From positions 8,322 to 72,321 of the forward strand of contig JBDQNU010000008.1 in assembly GCA_040261535.1 (NCBI GenBank): DNA of 64,000 nt, read 5' to 3'. Made by a program: the position numbers and the translations under genes. The stretch comes from Poseidonia sp. (lineage in GTDB: Archaea; Thermoplasmatota; Poseidoniia; Poseidoniales; Poseidoniaceae). This document shows, piece by piece, positions 54,452 through 63,200 of the stretch (position 1 is the first letter of the stretch; the number at the start of each line of letters is the position of its first letter). Under the pieces are notes generated by a model. The model was given only the letters and a program-made list of their open reading frames with translations, was not told the DNA's origin and ran no database searches.

Positions 54452-54889
54452 ATGGCTATGGAATTTGGACCAATTTACATCGACCACATCGGCATTGCTA
54501 CGGATAACCTCGAAGCAGGCAGCCACTTTTGGAGATTGATTGGACTTGTCCAAGCACACGAGGACGAAACCGTGGAAGATCAAGGCGTGACAACACGATT
54601 TTTCGCCACATCACCCGGAGATGACGGTACGAAACCCAGCATGATTGAACTCTTGGAGCCGACACACGAAGACACGCCGGTGGGAAGGTTTCTCACAAAA
54701 CGTGGAAAAGGAATCCAACAACTCTGTTTCAGCGTTGGAGATCTCCAAGGCCTTCTGGACCATTTGGACGCGAACGGTATCCGGCTCATCAACCGAGAGC
54801 CGACGATAGGTGCGGGTGGAAAGCTGATTGCATTCGTTCACCCGGCTTCAACCGGGGGCGTACTGGTTGAATTGACGCAAAGAAAGTGA
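54452..54889 (+). CDS. mce: methylmalonyl-CoA epimerase (VOC/glyoxalase fold)
   Basis: IDHIGIAT, ELLEP, GKGIQQLCF and FVHPASTGGVLVEL are present. Confidence 0.85.
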   Translation: MAMEFGPIYIDHIGIATDNLEAGSHFWRLIGLVQAHEDETVEDQGVTTRFFATSPGDDGTKPSMIELLEPTHEDTPVGRFLTKRGKGIQQLCFSVGDLQGLLDHLDANGIRLINREPTIGAGGKLIAFVHPASTGGVLVELTQRK

Positions 54890-54898
54890 ACCCTCCAA

Positions 54899-55243
54899 AT
54901 GCGAATACCTATAATCGTCCTGCACAAATTAAGATCGATGCGAAGTTGTATTGACCAACTCTTGGCCCTCCCCCATATCGACGCACCTCGCTTGAAAGGT
55001 GAAGTGCATTACCTTGCAGGCCGTCTTGAGGAACTGCGTTCTCGACGTGCAATTTCAAACGAGGCGTTCTTGGACGCAGGTGCCATTCAGGGCGCTATTG
55101 AACTGGTTGCCAACATGATCGACATGGGCGTGCCACAATCTGAGATTCAGGACCATCTGAAGTCAACGCTTTCTCGTGCGAACCGAATTGAAACCAAACA
55201 TCCCGGTCTGAATTGGGCCGTTGAATCTGGACGTGCGAGTTGA
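54899..55243 (+). CDS. hypothetical protein
   Basis: A 114-aa, predicted helical protein. No family recognised. It lies immediately upstream of the ABC-2 transporter genes. Confidence 0.35.
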   Translation: MRIPIIVLHKLRSMRSCIDQLLALPHIDAPRLKGEVHYLAGRLEELRSRRAISNEAFLDAGAIQGAIELVANMIDMGVPQSEIQDHLKSTLSRANRIETKHPGLNWAVESGRAS

Positions 55244-55250
55244 AACTGGA

Positions 55251-56075
55251 ATGTCCGCGCCACTGCTCGTCGTCGACGAGGTTTCCAAATCCTTTGCAGA
55301 AGTTCACGCACTCCACGAAGTGAGCCTCACGATTCACCAAGGCGATATCGTGGGTTTGGTCGGCTCAAACGGTGCTGGGAAAACAACGCTTCTTCGCCTC
55401 CTTTCCGGCGTCTACCGGCCAAGTTCAGGCTCCGTCCATCTCGGTGATGGAAAGAGCATCTCCACAGCACGACACGCCATCGGCGTCGTCCCGGAAAACA
55501 CCGGACTCTATTCTCGCTTAACGGCCTGGGAAAACATCCGATACCACGCACGAATGCAAGGCATTGATGACGATGAAGCGTGGAAGAGAACGCTGTATTT
55601 CTCTCGGTACTTGGGAATGGAGGACAGTCTCCAGCGGCACACCAAGGGATTTTCGCGGGGCATGCGCCAAAAGACTGCCCTGCTCAGGGCGCTTGCCCAT
55701 GCCCCGAAGGTGTTGCTGCTTGACGAGCCCACCGCAGGCCTCGATGTGACGAGTGCCCGGACCGTTCGGGAATTGGTGAAGCAACTCGGGGAAGAAGGTG
55801 GAACCGTGATTTATTCAACGCACCAACTTGCTGAAGCCGAACGCGTTTGCAACCGGATCATCATCATCCATAACGGGGAGGTACGCGCAGACGGCACCCC
55901 TCAAGAACTCCTGAACATCACGGGTCAGCCCAACCTTGAGGAAGCTTACGTCGCCCTCACCAGCGATGTCGCGCGAGAACGAATGGAAGACAGCAAACCG
56001 CTCAAAGGCGTTGCGAAATGGTGGCGTTCCTTCTTCACGCCGAGATTGCCCAAGGGAGTGGACGAAGATGAGTGA
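55251..56075 (+). CDS. ABC transporter ATP-binding protein (ABC-2/NatA-like)
   Basis: Walker A GSNGAGKTT, Q-loop, signature FSRGMRQK and Walker B LLLDEP are present. Confidence 0.9.
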   Translation: MSAPLLVVDEVSKSFAEVHALHEVSLTIHQGDIVGLVGSNGAGKTTLLRLLSGVYRPSSGSVHLGDGKSISTARHAIGVVPENTGLYSRLTAWENIRYHARMQGIDDDEAWKRTLYFSRYLGMEDSLQRHTKGFSRGMRQKTALLRALAHAPKVLLLDEPTAGLDVTSARTVRELVKQLGEEGGTVIYSTHQLAEAERVCNRIIIIHNGEVRADGTPQELLNITGQPNLEEAYVALTSDVARERMEDSKPLKGVAKWWRSFFTPRLPKGVDEDE

Positions 56076-57285
56076 TCGTCTTCATCGCGTCCGTGTTATT
56101 GCGAAGAAAGAACTCGTTGAATTCGTGAGAGATTGGCGCACCATTGTTGCGATTCTGGTGATACCTCTGTTGATGTTCCCTGTGTTGTTCATTCTCTTCC
56201 CGTTGTTGCTGGCTTCGGAGGCAGCAGAACTGGATGCGTTGATGCTCGACGTTGTTGTGCAAAGCGAAAATGCGACCTCGGAGATGGGCTTGAATTTCAA
56301 CGATTCCAAGATGAACGTAACCTACGAACCGCTCCCTGTGATTGAAGAACTTTCAGCACCGGGGATTGATGATGCACGCTTGAGAAACGGTTCAATCGAC
56401 CTTTTGATTCGTCTGAGAGCAAATGGAAGCGTCACCGAATATGCCCTCATCTACATGTCCACCTCCGAGCAAAGTTTGGAAGCAAGAAGTCGTGCCCTCG
56501 CCACCTTGTCGCAATGGGAAGAAAACGAAACCATCCAGCGCATCACCGATGCAGGTCTCGACCCTGATGAGACGCTCGACCCGTTACGTTGGAACGGCGA
56601 TGTTGCCTCAAGCGATGTCGCAACGCAAGGTGAACAAGCAGGGATGGCGCTCTCGTTGTTCATCCCACTCGTCTTAGCGGTGTGGACGTTTTCATCGGCC
56701 ATCCAACCGTCCATTGACATGACGGCCGGGGAGCGTGAGCGCGGAACCCTCGAGGCTTTGCTTGCTTTACCTGCATCCCGGATGGAGTTGCTGATGGGCA
56801 AATGGCTTGCTGTAGCAACCATTACTGGAATCGGCGTGTTGCTTCAGGTTGCAGGCTTGTTGTTTGCGATTGGTTACCTCGCTTCATCAAATTTCATCTC
56901 TTTGCCCGAAATATCGCTCGCCGCCCTCGGACTTCTTGTACTTGCCGTGCTTCTTTTCGCCGTCATGGTCGTGGCGTTTGAATTGGCCTTGGCCATGCGG
57001 TCCCACAGCGTCAAGGAAGCGGGCTCGATCTTGGGGCCTGCCGTTTTGCTCATCCTTTTCCCGGCACTGTTCACCCAGGTGATCAACTTGGACGGCATCG
57101 AGACCTATTGGTTCGCCATTCCCGTCGTGAACGTTCTCCTCGCCATGCGGGAGTTGTTGATGAATCGTATCGTTGGCCTGCACATCATCACATGGTTGGC
57201 CTCATCACTCCTTTACGCGATAGGAGCAGCATGGTACGCCGCTCGTCAGTTTAAGCGAGAGGACATCGTCACGAGTCTCTCGTAG
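56068..57285 (+). CDS. ABC-2 type transporter permease (NatB-like, with a large extracytoplasmic loop)
   Basis: The start overlaps the ATPase stop. There is an N-terminal TM helix, a ~170-aa loop, then about 5 TM helices (ERERGTLEALLALP motif). Confidence 0.75.
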   Translation: MSDRLHRVRVIAKKELVEFVRDWRTIVAILVIPLLMFPVLFILFPLLLASEAAELDALMLDVVVQSENATSEMGLNFNDSKMNVTYEPLPVIEELSAPGIDDARLRNGSIDLLIRLRANGSVTEYALIYMSTSEQSLEARSRALATLSQWEENETIQRITDAGLDPDETLDPLRWNGDVASSDVATQGEQAGMALSLFIPLVLAVWTFSSAIQPSIDMTAGERERGTLEALLALPASRMELLMGKWLAVATITGIGVLLQVAGLLFAIGYLASSNFISLPEISLAALGLLVLAVLLFAVMVVAFELALAMRSHSVKEAGSILGPAVLLILFPALFTQVINLDGIETYWFAIPVVNVLLAMRELLMNRIVGLHIITWLASSLLYAIGAAWYAARQFKREDIVTSLS

Positions 57286-58840
57286 TGCTGAATGCAACAA
57301 TAGCTTCCCTGACGATACCGACGATGAGATCGATTTCTTCCGATGTGATGTTGAAGTGCGGTGTGAATCGAAGTGCGTTGACGCCACCGTGAATGACCCC
57401 TAAGCCTCGACGACGGCACCATGGCTCAACAGCCTCCATCCCAACGACCGGGAAGTGGTTGGGCTCAAGTTCTGCGCTGCACAAGAGGCCGGTCCCTTGG
57501 ACTTTCGTGATAACGTCAGGGAATTCAGATTGCAATCGAGTGAACTTTTCGACAAATTCGTTGCCGCGTTCCCGAATGTTTGCGCGAAGTTCTGGGGTGA
57601 TGGAATCGAGGACATTGACGGCGGTTTCCAAGGCCCTGGGATTCGTGGTCATCGTGTTTCCATAAATGCCAGTGACGTACAATTCTGCGGCCCGTCCGTT
57701 CATGCCGAGGACAGAGAGCGGGTATTGGCCTGCGTTCAACGCCTTTGACCAGGTTTCGAGGTCGGGCGCCTCAGCGGTTTGGAATCCCTCGTAATCGATC
57801 ACAGAAAGCGTACCTTGGCCCCGAATACCCGCTTGGATGGAATCAACGAGAAGCAGGCTACCGTGCTCCTTTGTCAATCGGCGTGCCTCGTCGTAAAAAG
57901 CCCGGTCCACGCATTGACCGGGATTGCCTTCGCCTTGAACCGGTTCAATCGCCATGAGTTCAATGAATACATTGTTGGCTTCTGCATGAGCGAAGGCTTC
58001 CTGAAGGGCCGCTACATCATTCGCTGGTACGAGAATGAGGTTGTTCCTGTTCTGAAAGCTCGCCAAGACTTTGTCGTATTTGCCTTTGCATGAATGGGAC
58101 ATTTGGGCCGGTCGGTCGGTTCTGCCGTGGAAGCCTTGCTCTACGGCCATGATTTTGATTTCTGCACCTGCGTAGCGGCCGCCGTCTTGCGTCATGTTCT
58201 TCGCATTGACGTCGGCAATTCGCATGCTCACCGTGACGGATTCCGAGCCGCTGTTCATGCAGATGAACTTCTCAAAAGGGCACGAGCCGCGGGTGTGGCC
58301 CAGTTCCGTTCTCAGGCGTTGTTCAAGCCTCTTCTGAGAAAACGAGGGCGTCATGACGTTGGCCATGACCCAATTTTTCGACATCGCATTGATGACCTCC
58401 CGAGGGCCGTGTCCGCCACCAAGCATGCCGTAACCGCCGTTATCATGGACAACGGCTCCGTGCGACGTGATGACCCATGGGCCTCGAGCAGCAAGAGCAA
58501 CGTAGGGATTGACCGTCGCAGGGTTGTAAAAATTCACGAAACCATCTTGCAAGTATTCAATCAAGGTCAATTCATTAGAGCCCTCGTACCTTGCGCCGAA
58601 CTCACGTTTGAACCAAGAAAACATGTGGTTGGCTTCGTCAATAGCCTCACCAAGCAACGGGTCAAGATCGCAGAACGTGTTGATTTCTTCATCGTTCAGG
58701 CCCGGGGTGGTGATCTGCCCCACATACGACCGAATCGTCTTGAGAACATCCAAGGGACCTGCAAGCGTGGGTTTCTGCATGGTAAAGAATTCACCGAGGA
58801 ATCCTTTGAAGGTTGGGTTTAGGAGGGTTTTATTTTCCAA
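57269..58840 (-). CDS. class-III (fold type I) PLP-dependent aminotransferase with a long N-terminal extension
   Basis: GSESV, GFHGRT, LLVDSIQAG (equivalent to DEVQTG) and SKALNAGQYP (the PLP-Lys context) are present. Substrate unknown. Confidence 0.75.
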   Translation of the reverse strand: MENKTLLNPTFKGFLGEFFTMQKPTLAGPLDVLKTIRSYVGQITTPGLNDEEINTFCDLDPLLGEAIDEANHMFSWFKREFGARYEGSNELTLIEYLQDGFVNFYNPATVNPYVALAARGPWVITSHGAVVHDNGGYGMLGGGHGPREVINAMSKNWVMANVMTPSFSQKRLEQRLRTELGHTRGSCPFEKFICMNSGSESVTVSMRIADVNAKNMTQDGGRYAGAEIKIMAVEQGFHGRTDRPAQMSHSCKGKYDKVLASFQNRNNLILVPANDVAALQEAFAHAEANNVFIELMAIEPVQGEGNPGQCVDRAFYDEARRLTKEHGSLLLVDSIQAGIRGQGTLSVIDYEGFQTAEAPDLETWSKALNAGQYPLSVLGMNGRAAELYVTGIYGNTMTTNPRALETAVNVLDSITPELRANIRERGNEFVEKFTRLQSEFPDVITKVQGTGLLCSAELEPNHFPVVGMEAVEPWCRRRGLGVIHGGVNALRFTPHFNITSEEIDLIVGIVREAIVAFSTTRDS

Positions 58841-58878
58841 GAATCGCTACTTTTGTATTCTTCTGGTAATCGCCTACG

Positions 58879-58888
58879 AATATATATA
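58879..58888. promoter_or_regulatory. strong TATA element in the divergent intergenic region (aminotransferase <-> RHH-folE operon)
   Basis: aatatatata is centred about 26 nt upstream of ATG 58910, which predicts a leaderless or near-leaderless mRNA for the preQ0 operon. It could also serve the minus-strand gene. Confidence 0.45.
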
Positions 58889-58909
58889 CTGGTTTTGGGA
58901 GGCCCACTC

Positions 58910-59080
58910 ATGCCCAAGGTCTCCCTTGACATGCCGGCTGAGTTGGTGGACGACCTCAAATTGCATGTTGGCGATGATGGTAAATTTGTGAGCTTGGCCG
59001 ATGCCATCCGTACGGCTTGCCGAAAATTGCTCGACCAACTGGACGCGATTGACGCCTTGCACGGGAGGAGATCATCATGA
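58910..59080 (+). CDS. ribbon-helix-helix (CopG/MetJ-like) protein
   Basis: The 56-aa MPKVSLDMPAELVDDLKLHV...FVSLADAIRTACRKLL fits the RHH strand-helix-helix pattern. The stop overlaps the folE start (ATGA). Confidence 0.6.
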   Translation: MPKVSLDMPAELVDDLKLHVGDDGKFVSLADAIRTACRKLLDQLDAIDALHGRRSS

Positions 59081-59655
59081 CGCCAACAAGAAACGATGCT
59101 GAACAAGCGGTGAGGACCCTTCTCAATTATCTCGAAGGTACCGAGAATGCCGACCGTGAGGGACTGGACAAGACCCCTGCAAGGGTCATTGATGCGTGGG
59201 ATGAAATTTTTGCAGGTTATGGCATGAACGCTGGAGACATCTTGGAAGCGACGTTCAACGCCGAAGGATACAACGGAATTGTTTTGCTGAGGGACATTGA
59301 GTTCACATCCACCTGTGAACACCACCTCCTCCCGTTCCGTGGCCGTGCCCATGTTGCCTACATCCCTGTTGAGCGCATCGTCGGCATCAGTAAACTCGCC
59401 CGTATTGTTGAGTTGCATGCGAGGAAATTGCAAAACCAAGAGAGAATCACGAAGGGCGTTGCTGACGATCTTGAACGTGAACTCCGTCCGCTGGGCGCTG
59501 CTGTCATCTTCGAAGCATCCCATGGTTGCATGCAGTGCCGAGGGGTGGCCAAGCAGCAAGCGGTCATGACCACTTCGGCGATGCGTGGGGTCTTCTTCGA
59601 TAAGCAAGAAGCCCGAGCGGAACTCATGCAACTCATCCAACAACCCCCCCTTTGA
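59077..59655 (+). CDS. folE: GTP cyclohydrolase I (FolE type IA)
   Basis: GLDKTPARV, STCEHHLLPF, ISKLARIV, QERIT and HGCMQCRGV are present. Confidence 0.9.
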   Translation: MTPTRNDAEQAVRTLLNYLEGTENADREGLDKTPARVIDAWDEIFAGYGMNAGDILEATFNAEGYNGIVLLRDIEFTSTCEHHLLPFRGRAHVAYIPVERIVGISKLARIVELHARKLQNQERITKGVADDLERELRPLGAAVIFEASHGCMQCRGVAKQQAVMTTSAMRGVFFDKQEARAELMQLIQQPPL

Positions 59656-59664
59656 GGTGCGAGG

Positions 59665-60324
59665 ATGACATACGGTGCTTGCGAACGGGCTGGAAATGCT
59701 CAGACGGATGACCCGGCTGACCTTGCAGCGGAATACAACATCGTCGAAATCTTCCATTCGGTTCAGGGTGAGGGTTTCCACAACGGGATCCCCCACGTGT
59801 TCATTCGTTTTGGCCGGTGCAATTTGCGCTGCGAATGGTGCGACACCAATTTTGATGAATACACGAGCATGAATGCCCTGGATATCTTGGGTGAGGTGAT
59901 GAAGTATCCAGCAAAGAGAATCATCTTTACCGGAGGAGAGCCGATGTTGAACGACCTTTGGCCCTTGTCGAGGTTGCTTAAGCGAAGAGGGTACCACCTG
60001 TCCATTGAGTCCAACGGCACGGTTGAGATTCCCGAGGGAATGTTGGATTGGATTTGCATTTCACCGAAGGACCAAGTCTACCCAAACGTGGCGGTCAAGC
60101 AACGAACAGGTGATGAACTCAAATGCGTCTATGTTGGTCAACCGCTTTCCCTGTACGACGAATTGGCTTCAGGATTCAAGCACCTGTTCCTGCAACCCTG
60201 CTACGATGAAGGTGCAAGTGTGGAAGACAACGGGCGATCCTTTGCCATGACCGAGGCCGTTGTGAAGGAAAACACGGACTGGCGGTTGTCCCTGCAAACG
60301 CACAAATGGATGGGCATTCTCTGA
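59665..60324 (+). CDS. queE: 7-carboxy-7-deazaguanine synthase (radical SAM)
   Basis: EIFHSVQGEG, FIRFGRCNLRCEWCDT and FTGGEP are present. Confidence 0.85.
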   Translation: MTYGACERAGNAQTDDPADLAAEYNIVEIFHSVQGEGFHNGIPHVFIRFGRCNLRCEWCDTNFDEYTSMNALDILGEVMKYPAKRIIFTGGEPMLNDLWPLSRLLKRRGYHLSIESNGTVEIPEGMLDWICISPKDQVYPNVAVKQRTGDELKCVYVGQPLSLYDELASGFKHLFLQPCYDEGASVEDNGRSFAMTEAVVKENTDWRLSLQTHKWMGIL

Positions 60325-60336
60325 GGTGAACCTTGC

Positions 60337-61491
60337 ATGAATCACGCAGTCATGGCTTTGAGTGGGGGAATGGATTCCTCATCCCTTCTGTTGCATCTCT
60401 TGCGAAAAGGAATCGCCGTAACGGCCGTCTCCTTCAATTATGGACAAAAGCACACCGTGGAATTGGAACGGGCTGCATCCCTTGTGGCTTACCTCCGAGA
60501 AAACGGGCATGCAATCAACCATCAAGAAGCCGATTTAAGGAGCGCCATGGCGTTGTTTCGAAGCGACCTGCTGCTCTCCGGAGGCGAGGTACCTCAAGGC
60601 CATTACGAGGAGGACAACATGAAAGCGACCGTCGTTCCGAACCGTAACGCCATTTTTTCCTCCCTGCTCTACGGCATTGCCCTTTCGCTCTCCGAGGAAA
60701 CCGATGGTTCCGTGAGCGTTGTCCTTGGCGTACATAGCGGAGATCACGCCATCTATCCAGATTGTCGACCAGAGTTCTATCGTGCCCTTGAGCATGCCTT
60801 CCAATTAGGGAATTGGGACAGCGAGCGTGTTGGATTTGAGCTCCCTTTTCTCTTGAAAGACAAGACATCAATCCTCAAAGATGCCTTGGAATCCGTGAAT
60901 CACCTCGGCCTGGATTTTGATGAGGTTTTTCGCAGAACCATCACCTCATACGACCCCGATGACGACGGTCGTAGTCACGGAAAAACGGGTTCTGATGTTG
61001 AGCGAATCTTGGCTTTTCACGCCATCGGAAAAACGGACCCCGTCGAGTACATCCAACCGTGGGAGGTTGTCCTGGAAGACGCTCTCACCATCGAACGTAA
61101 GCACAAGGACCAACACTACCGAGAAACCCTCACGCCTCTTCAATACCACGTCACGCGGGAAAGCGGGACCGAACGGGCGTTCACCGGGGATACATGGGAC
61201 GAAAAACGCACTGGAATGTACACCTGCATTTGTTGCAACACCTTGTTGTTCACCTCATCAATGAAATTCGATTCAGGGTGCGGATGGCCTTCGTTCCATA
61301 CTGAACACGAGGAAGCAAACATCGTGAGAATCGAGGATTTCACCCACGGCATGGTGCGAACAGAGGTCCGATGCAGCGTTTGCGATGCGCATCTCGGGCA
61401 TGTTTTCAACGACGGGCCGAAAGCCTACGGTGGCGAGCGATACTGCATCAATTCGGCTTCCATGACCTTTACCGTTGAGGGGGATGAATGA
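60337..61491 (+). CDS. queC: fusion: QueC-like 7-cyano-7-deazaguanine synthase (Zn-Cys cluster absent) plus methionine-R-sulfoxide reductase MsrB
   Basis: The N-terminus has the PP-loop ALSGGMDSS, NYGQKH, VPNRN and YPDCRPEF. The C-terminal ~135 aa have LTPLQYHVTRESGTERAF, CICC, GWPSF, CSVCDAHLGHVFNDGP and RYCINS. It is one continuous 384-aa ORF. Confidence 0.8.
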   Translation: MNHAVMALSGGMDSSSLLLHLLRKGIAVTAVSFNYGQKHTVELERAASLVAYLRENGHAINHQEADLRSAMALFRSDLLLSGGEVPQGHYEEDNMKATVVPNRNAIFSSLLYGIALSLSEETDGSVSVVLGVHSGDHAIYPDCRPEFYRALEHAFQLGNWDSERVGFELPFLLKDKTSILKDALESVNHLGLDFDEVFRRTITSYDPDDDGRSHGKTGSDVERILAFHAIGKTDPVEYIQPWEVVLEDALTIERKHKDQHYRETLTPLQYHVTRESGTERAFTGDTWDEKRTGMYTCICCNTLLFTSSMKFDSGCGWPSFHTEHEEANIVRIEDFTHGMVRTEVRCSVCDAHLGHVFNDGPKAYGGERYCINSASMTFTVEGDE

Positions 61492-61946
61492 TGACGACAA
61501 CCATACGAAGATACATCGAAACCGACACAGGTCACCGAGTTCCAAACCACAAGTCGAAATGCAGGCACTTGCACGGCCATCGGTACCGATTTGAAGCCGA
61601 AATTGAAGGTGATGTCGTCCAAACCAGTGGCGTATCTGATGAGGGAATGCTGATGGATTTTTCAGACATCAGTGCAATACTGACCGAACATGTGCACGAT
61701 GTGGTCGACCACGCCTTCGTCGTCTACGAAGGCGACAAAGAAGGTCGTGAAGCATGCAAAGCGATGGGCTCAGAACATCGGACCGTGGTGGTCCCGTTCA
61801 TCCCGACCGCTGAAAACCTCGCTAAGTGGGCATTTGAAGCGGTCCATCCCCACATCCAATCGGTCTATGGGAATCGATTGCAACTTGTTGCGATGCATTG
61901 CCGGGAAACGCCCAAATCGGTCGCCACATGGCGGCCTTCAACGTAA
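61488..61946 (+). CDS. queD: 6-carboxy-5,6,7,8-tetrahydropterin synthase (PTPS family)
   Basis: TGHRVPNHKSKCRHLHGHRY (CxxxHGH) is present. Length is 152 aa. ATGA overlap with queC. Confidence 0.85.
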   Translation: MMTTTIRRYIETDTGHRVPNHKSKCRHLHGHRYRFEAEIEGDVVQTSGVSDEGMLMDFSDISAILTEHVHDVVDHAFVVYEGDKEGREACKAMGSEHRTVVVPFIPTAENLAKWAFEAVHPHIQSVYGNRLQLVAMHCRETPKSVATWRPST

Positions 61947-62765
61947 ACGGCGACGATGTTCCTTCATCCAATGGGGGTCATTGTTGCTGAATTCAAGAGC
62001 CGAGGTGGCTTCGACAAATGCCCCGATGAGCCGGGTGGTTTCCTCATTGGAGGGTGTGCCCTTGAGGAGCGTCCGCTTGAGCGTGAGTTCAATGGATTCA
62101 AGCCGTTCATCCGGTCCACTCATGCTTGATGCAAATTGATGAATCGCCTGAAGAAGGGTTTGTCTGACGTTCGGTTCCAGGACTTGGGCAAGGGGCACGA
62201 TGTCGGGCATCGCGGGATCCGTACCTTGGCCTGCGAGAACCCTCGAGCGATGGGCTTCGTAGATCATGGCGTTCACCGCGTGTGAGAGGTTGGCGATGGG
62301 GTATCCTTCCCAAGTAGGTAACGTTACGAAGTAATCGCAGGAAGCGAGGTCCTCACGAGAGAGACCTTTTCCTTCTTCTCCAAAAACCAGAGCTACCTTT
62401 CCTCCAGCCCTTTCTTCTCGTTGAACCATGTCCCAAGGATACAAATAATGCCGGAACAGCGTTTTGTCACCCACCTCCCGTTTTCCTGAGGTCCCCACCA
62501 CGGCTCTGCAATCTGCAACGGCTTCGGCAAGGGTCGTGTGCACCTTTGCTTCATCCAGAACGTGCTGGGCATGTTTGGCCCGTGCTCGGGTTTCGTCTTC
62601 GTCAACCGAACATTTGGGGTTCACTAGACGCAAGTCGGCGTAGCCATAATTCAGCATGCTTCTGCAAATGGCGCCAAGATTACCCGGGTGAGAAACCCCC
62701 ACCAGAACGACGACAAATTCGACCTTGCCTTCCGGAAGGCCAAGGGGTAACCGATCGCCCATCAT
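61938..62765 (-). CDS. SpoU/TrmH-class RNA 2'-O-methyltransferase (TrmJ-like) with C-terminal extension
   Basis: VVLVGVSHPGNLGAICRSMLNYG, ALVFGEEGKGLS and ANLSHAVNAMIYE are SPOUT motifs. Confidence 0.75.
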   Translation of the reverse strand: MMGDRLPLGLPEGKVEFVVVLVGVSHPGNLGAICRSMLNYGYADLRLVNPKCSVDEDETRARAKHAQHVLDEAKVHTTLAEAVADCRAVVGTSGKREVGDKTLFRHYLYPWDMVQREERAGGKVALVFGEEGKGLSREDLASCDYFVTLPTWEGYPIANLSHAVNAMIYEAHRSRVLAGQGTDPAMPDIVPLAQVLEPNVRQTLLQAIHQFASSMSGPDERLESIELTLKRTLLKGTPSNEETTRLIGAFVEATSALEFSNNDPHWMKEHRRRLR

Positions 62766-63001
62766 TCATCCGCTCCCTCGCGATTCTCAAAGAAGGAGGC
62801 GATCCACCTGGGGTCACAGACCTGATAGATGAAGAAGAGATACCCGTCGTTTTCACGGTCCGGCATGACAATCGATCGTTTTCGCACGTTGTGCCGATTC
62901 CGTAGATGGAGAATCAACTGTTCAAGAATCTCCGTCTCGGCTGCGTGGACGCTGACGGGTTGACGATCCCAGTCAACCCAAAGCGACACTTGGAACACCA
63001 T
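62762..63001 (-). CDS. hypothetical small protein inside the ribosomal-protein operon (weak resemblance to archaeal LX/eL20)
   Basis: A 79-aa ORF whose ATG shares a base with the S17e stop and whose stop overlaps the methyltransferase start. LILHLRNRHNVRKRSIVM vaguely recalls the LX ...GS(R/K)H(K/R)VKRxxI segment. Confidence 0.4.
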   Translation of the reverse strand: MVFQVSLWVDWDRQPVSVHAAETEILEQLILHLRNRHNVRKRSIVMPDRENDGYLFFIYQVCDPRWIASFFENREGADE

Positions 63002-63195
63002 CAATCGGTTCGACGGCTCCGATAGCGGGTCACGTATCCTGCAATCCAATTTCGGAGTTTCTTGTTCGAACCCACATCGGTGAGTTGCTCAACCATGTGC
63101 TTGTTGTGATCGAAATCATCGGTGAATTTCTCACCGTGTTCCTCACAAAGGCGAATGGCTCGGATTTTGATAAAACTTGGACGAATATTTCCCAT
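63001..63195 (-). CDS. rps17e: 30S ribosomal protein S17e
   Basis: [13 protein letters not shown]...FTDDFDHNK...[14 protein letters not shown] matches conserved S17e. An alternative start MKEM is at 63204. Confidence 0.85.
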   Translation of the reverse strand: MGNIRPSFIKIRAIRLCEEHGEKFTDDFDHNKHMVEQLTDVGSNKKLRNWIAGYVTRYRSRRTD

Positions 63196-63200
63196 CTCTT

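Noticed and set aside
58819-59997. A 392-aa minus-strand ORF spanning the RHH, folE and queE region
   Set aside because: It is antisense to three well-supported plus-strand genes and has no family resemblance. I treat it as a shadow ORF. The same reasoning applies to 7284..8036, 10940..11695, 24654..25475, 50725..51450, 58094..58822, 3636..4439 and 39529..39813.
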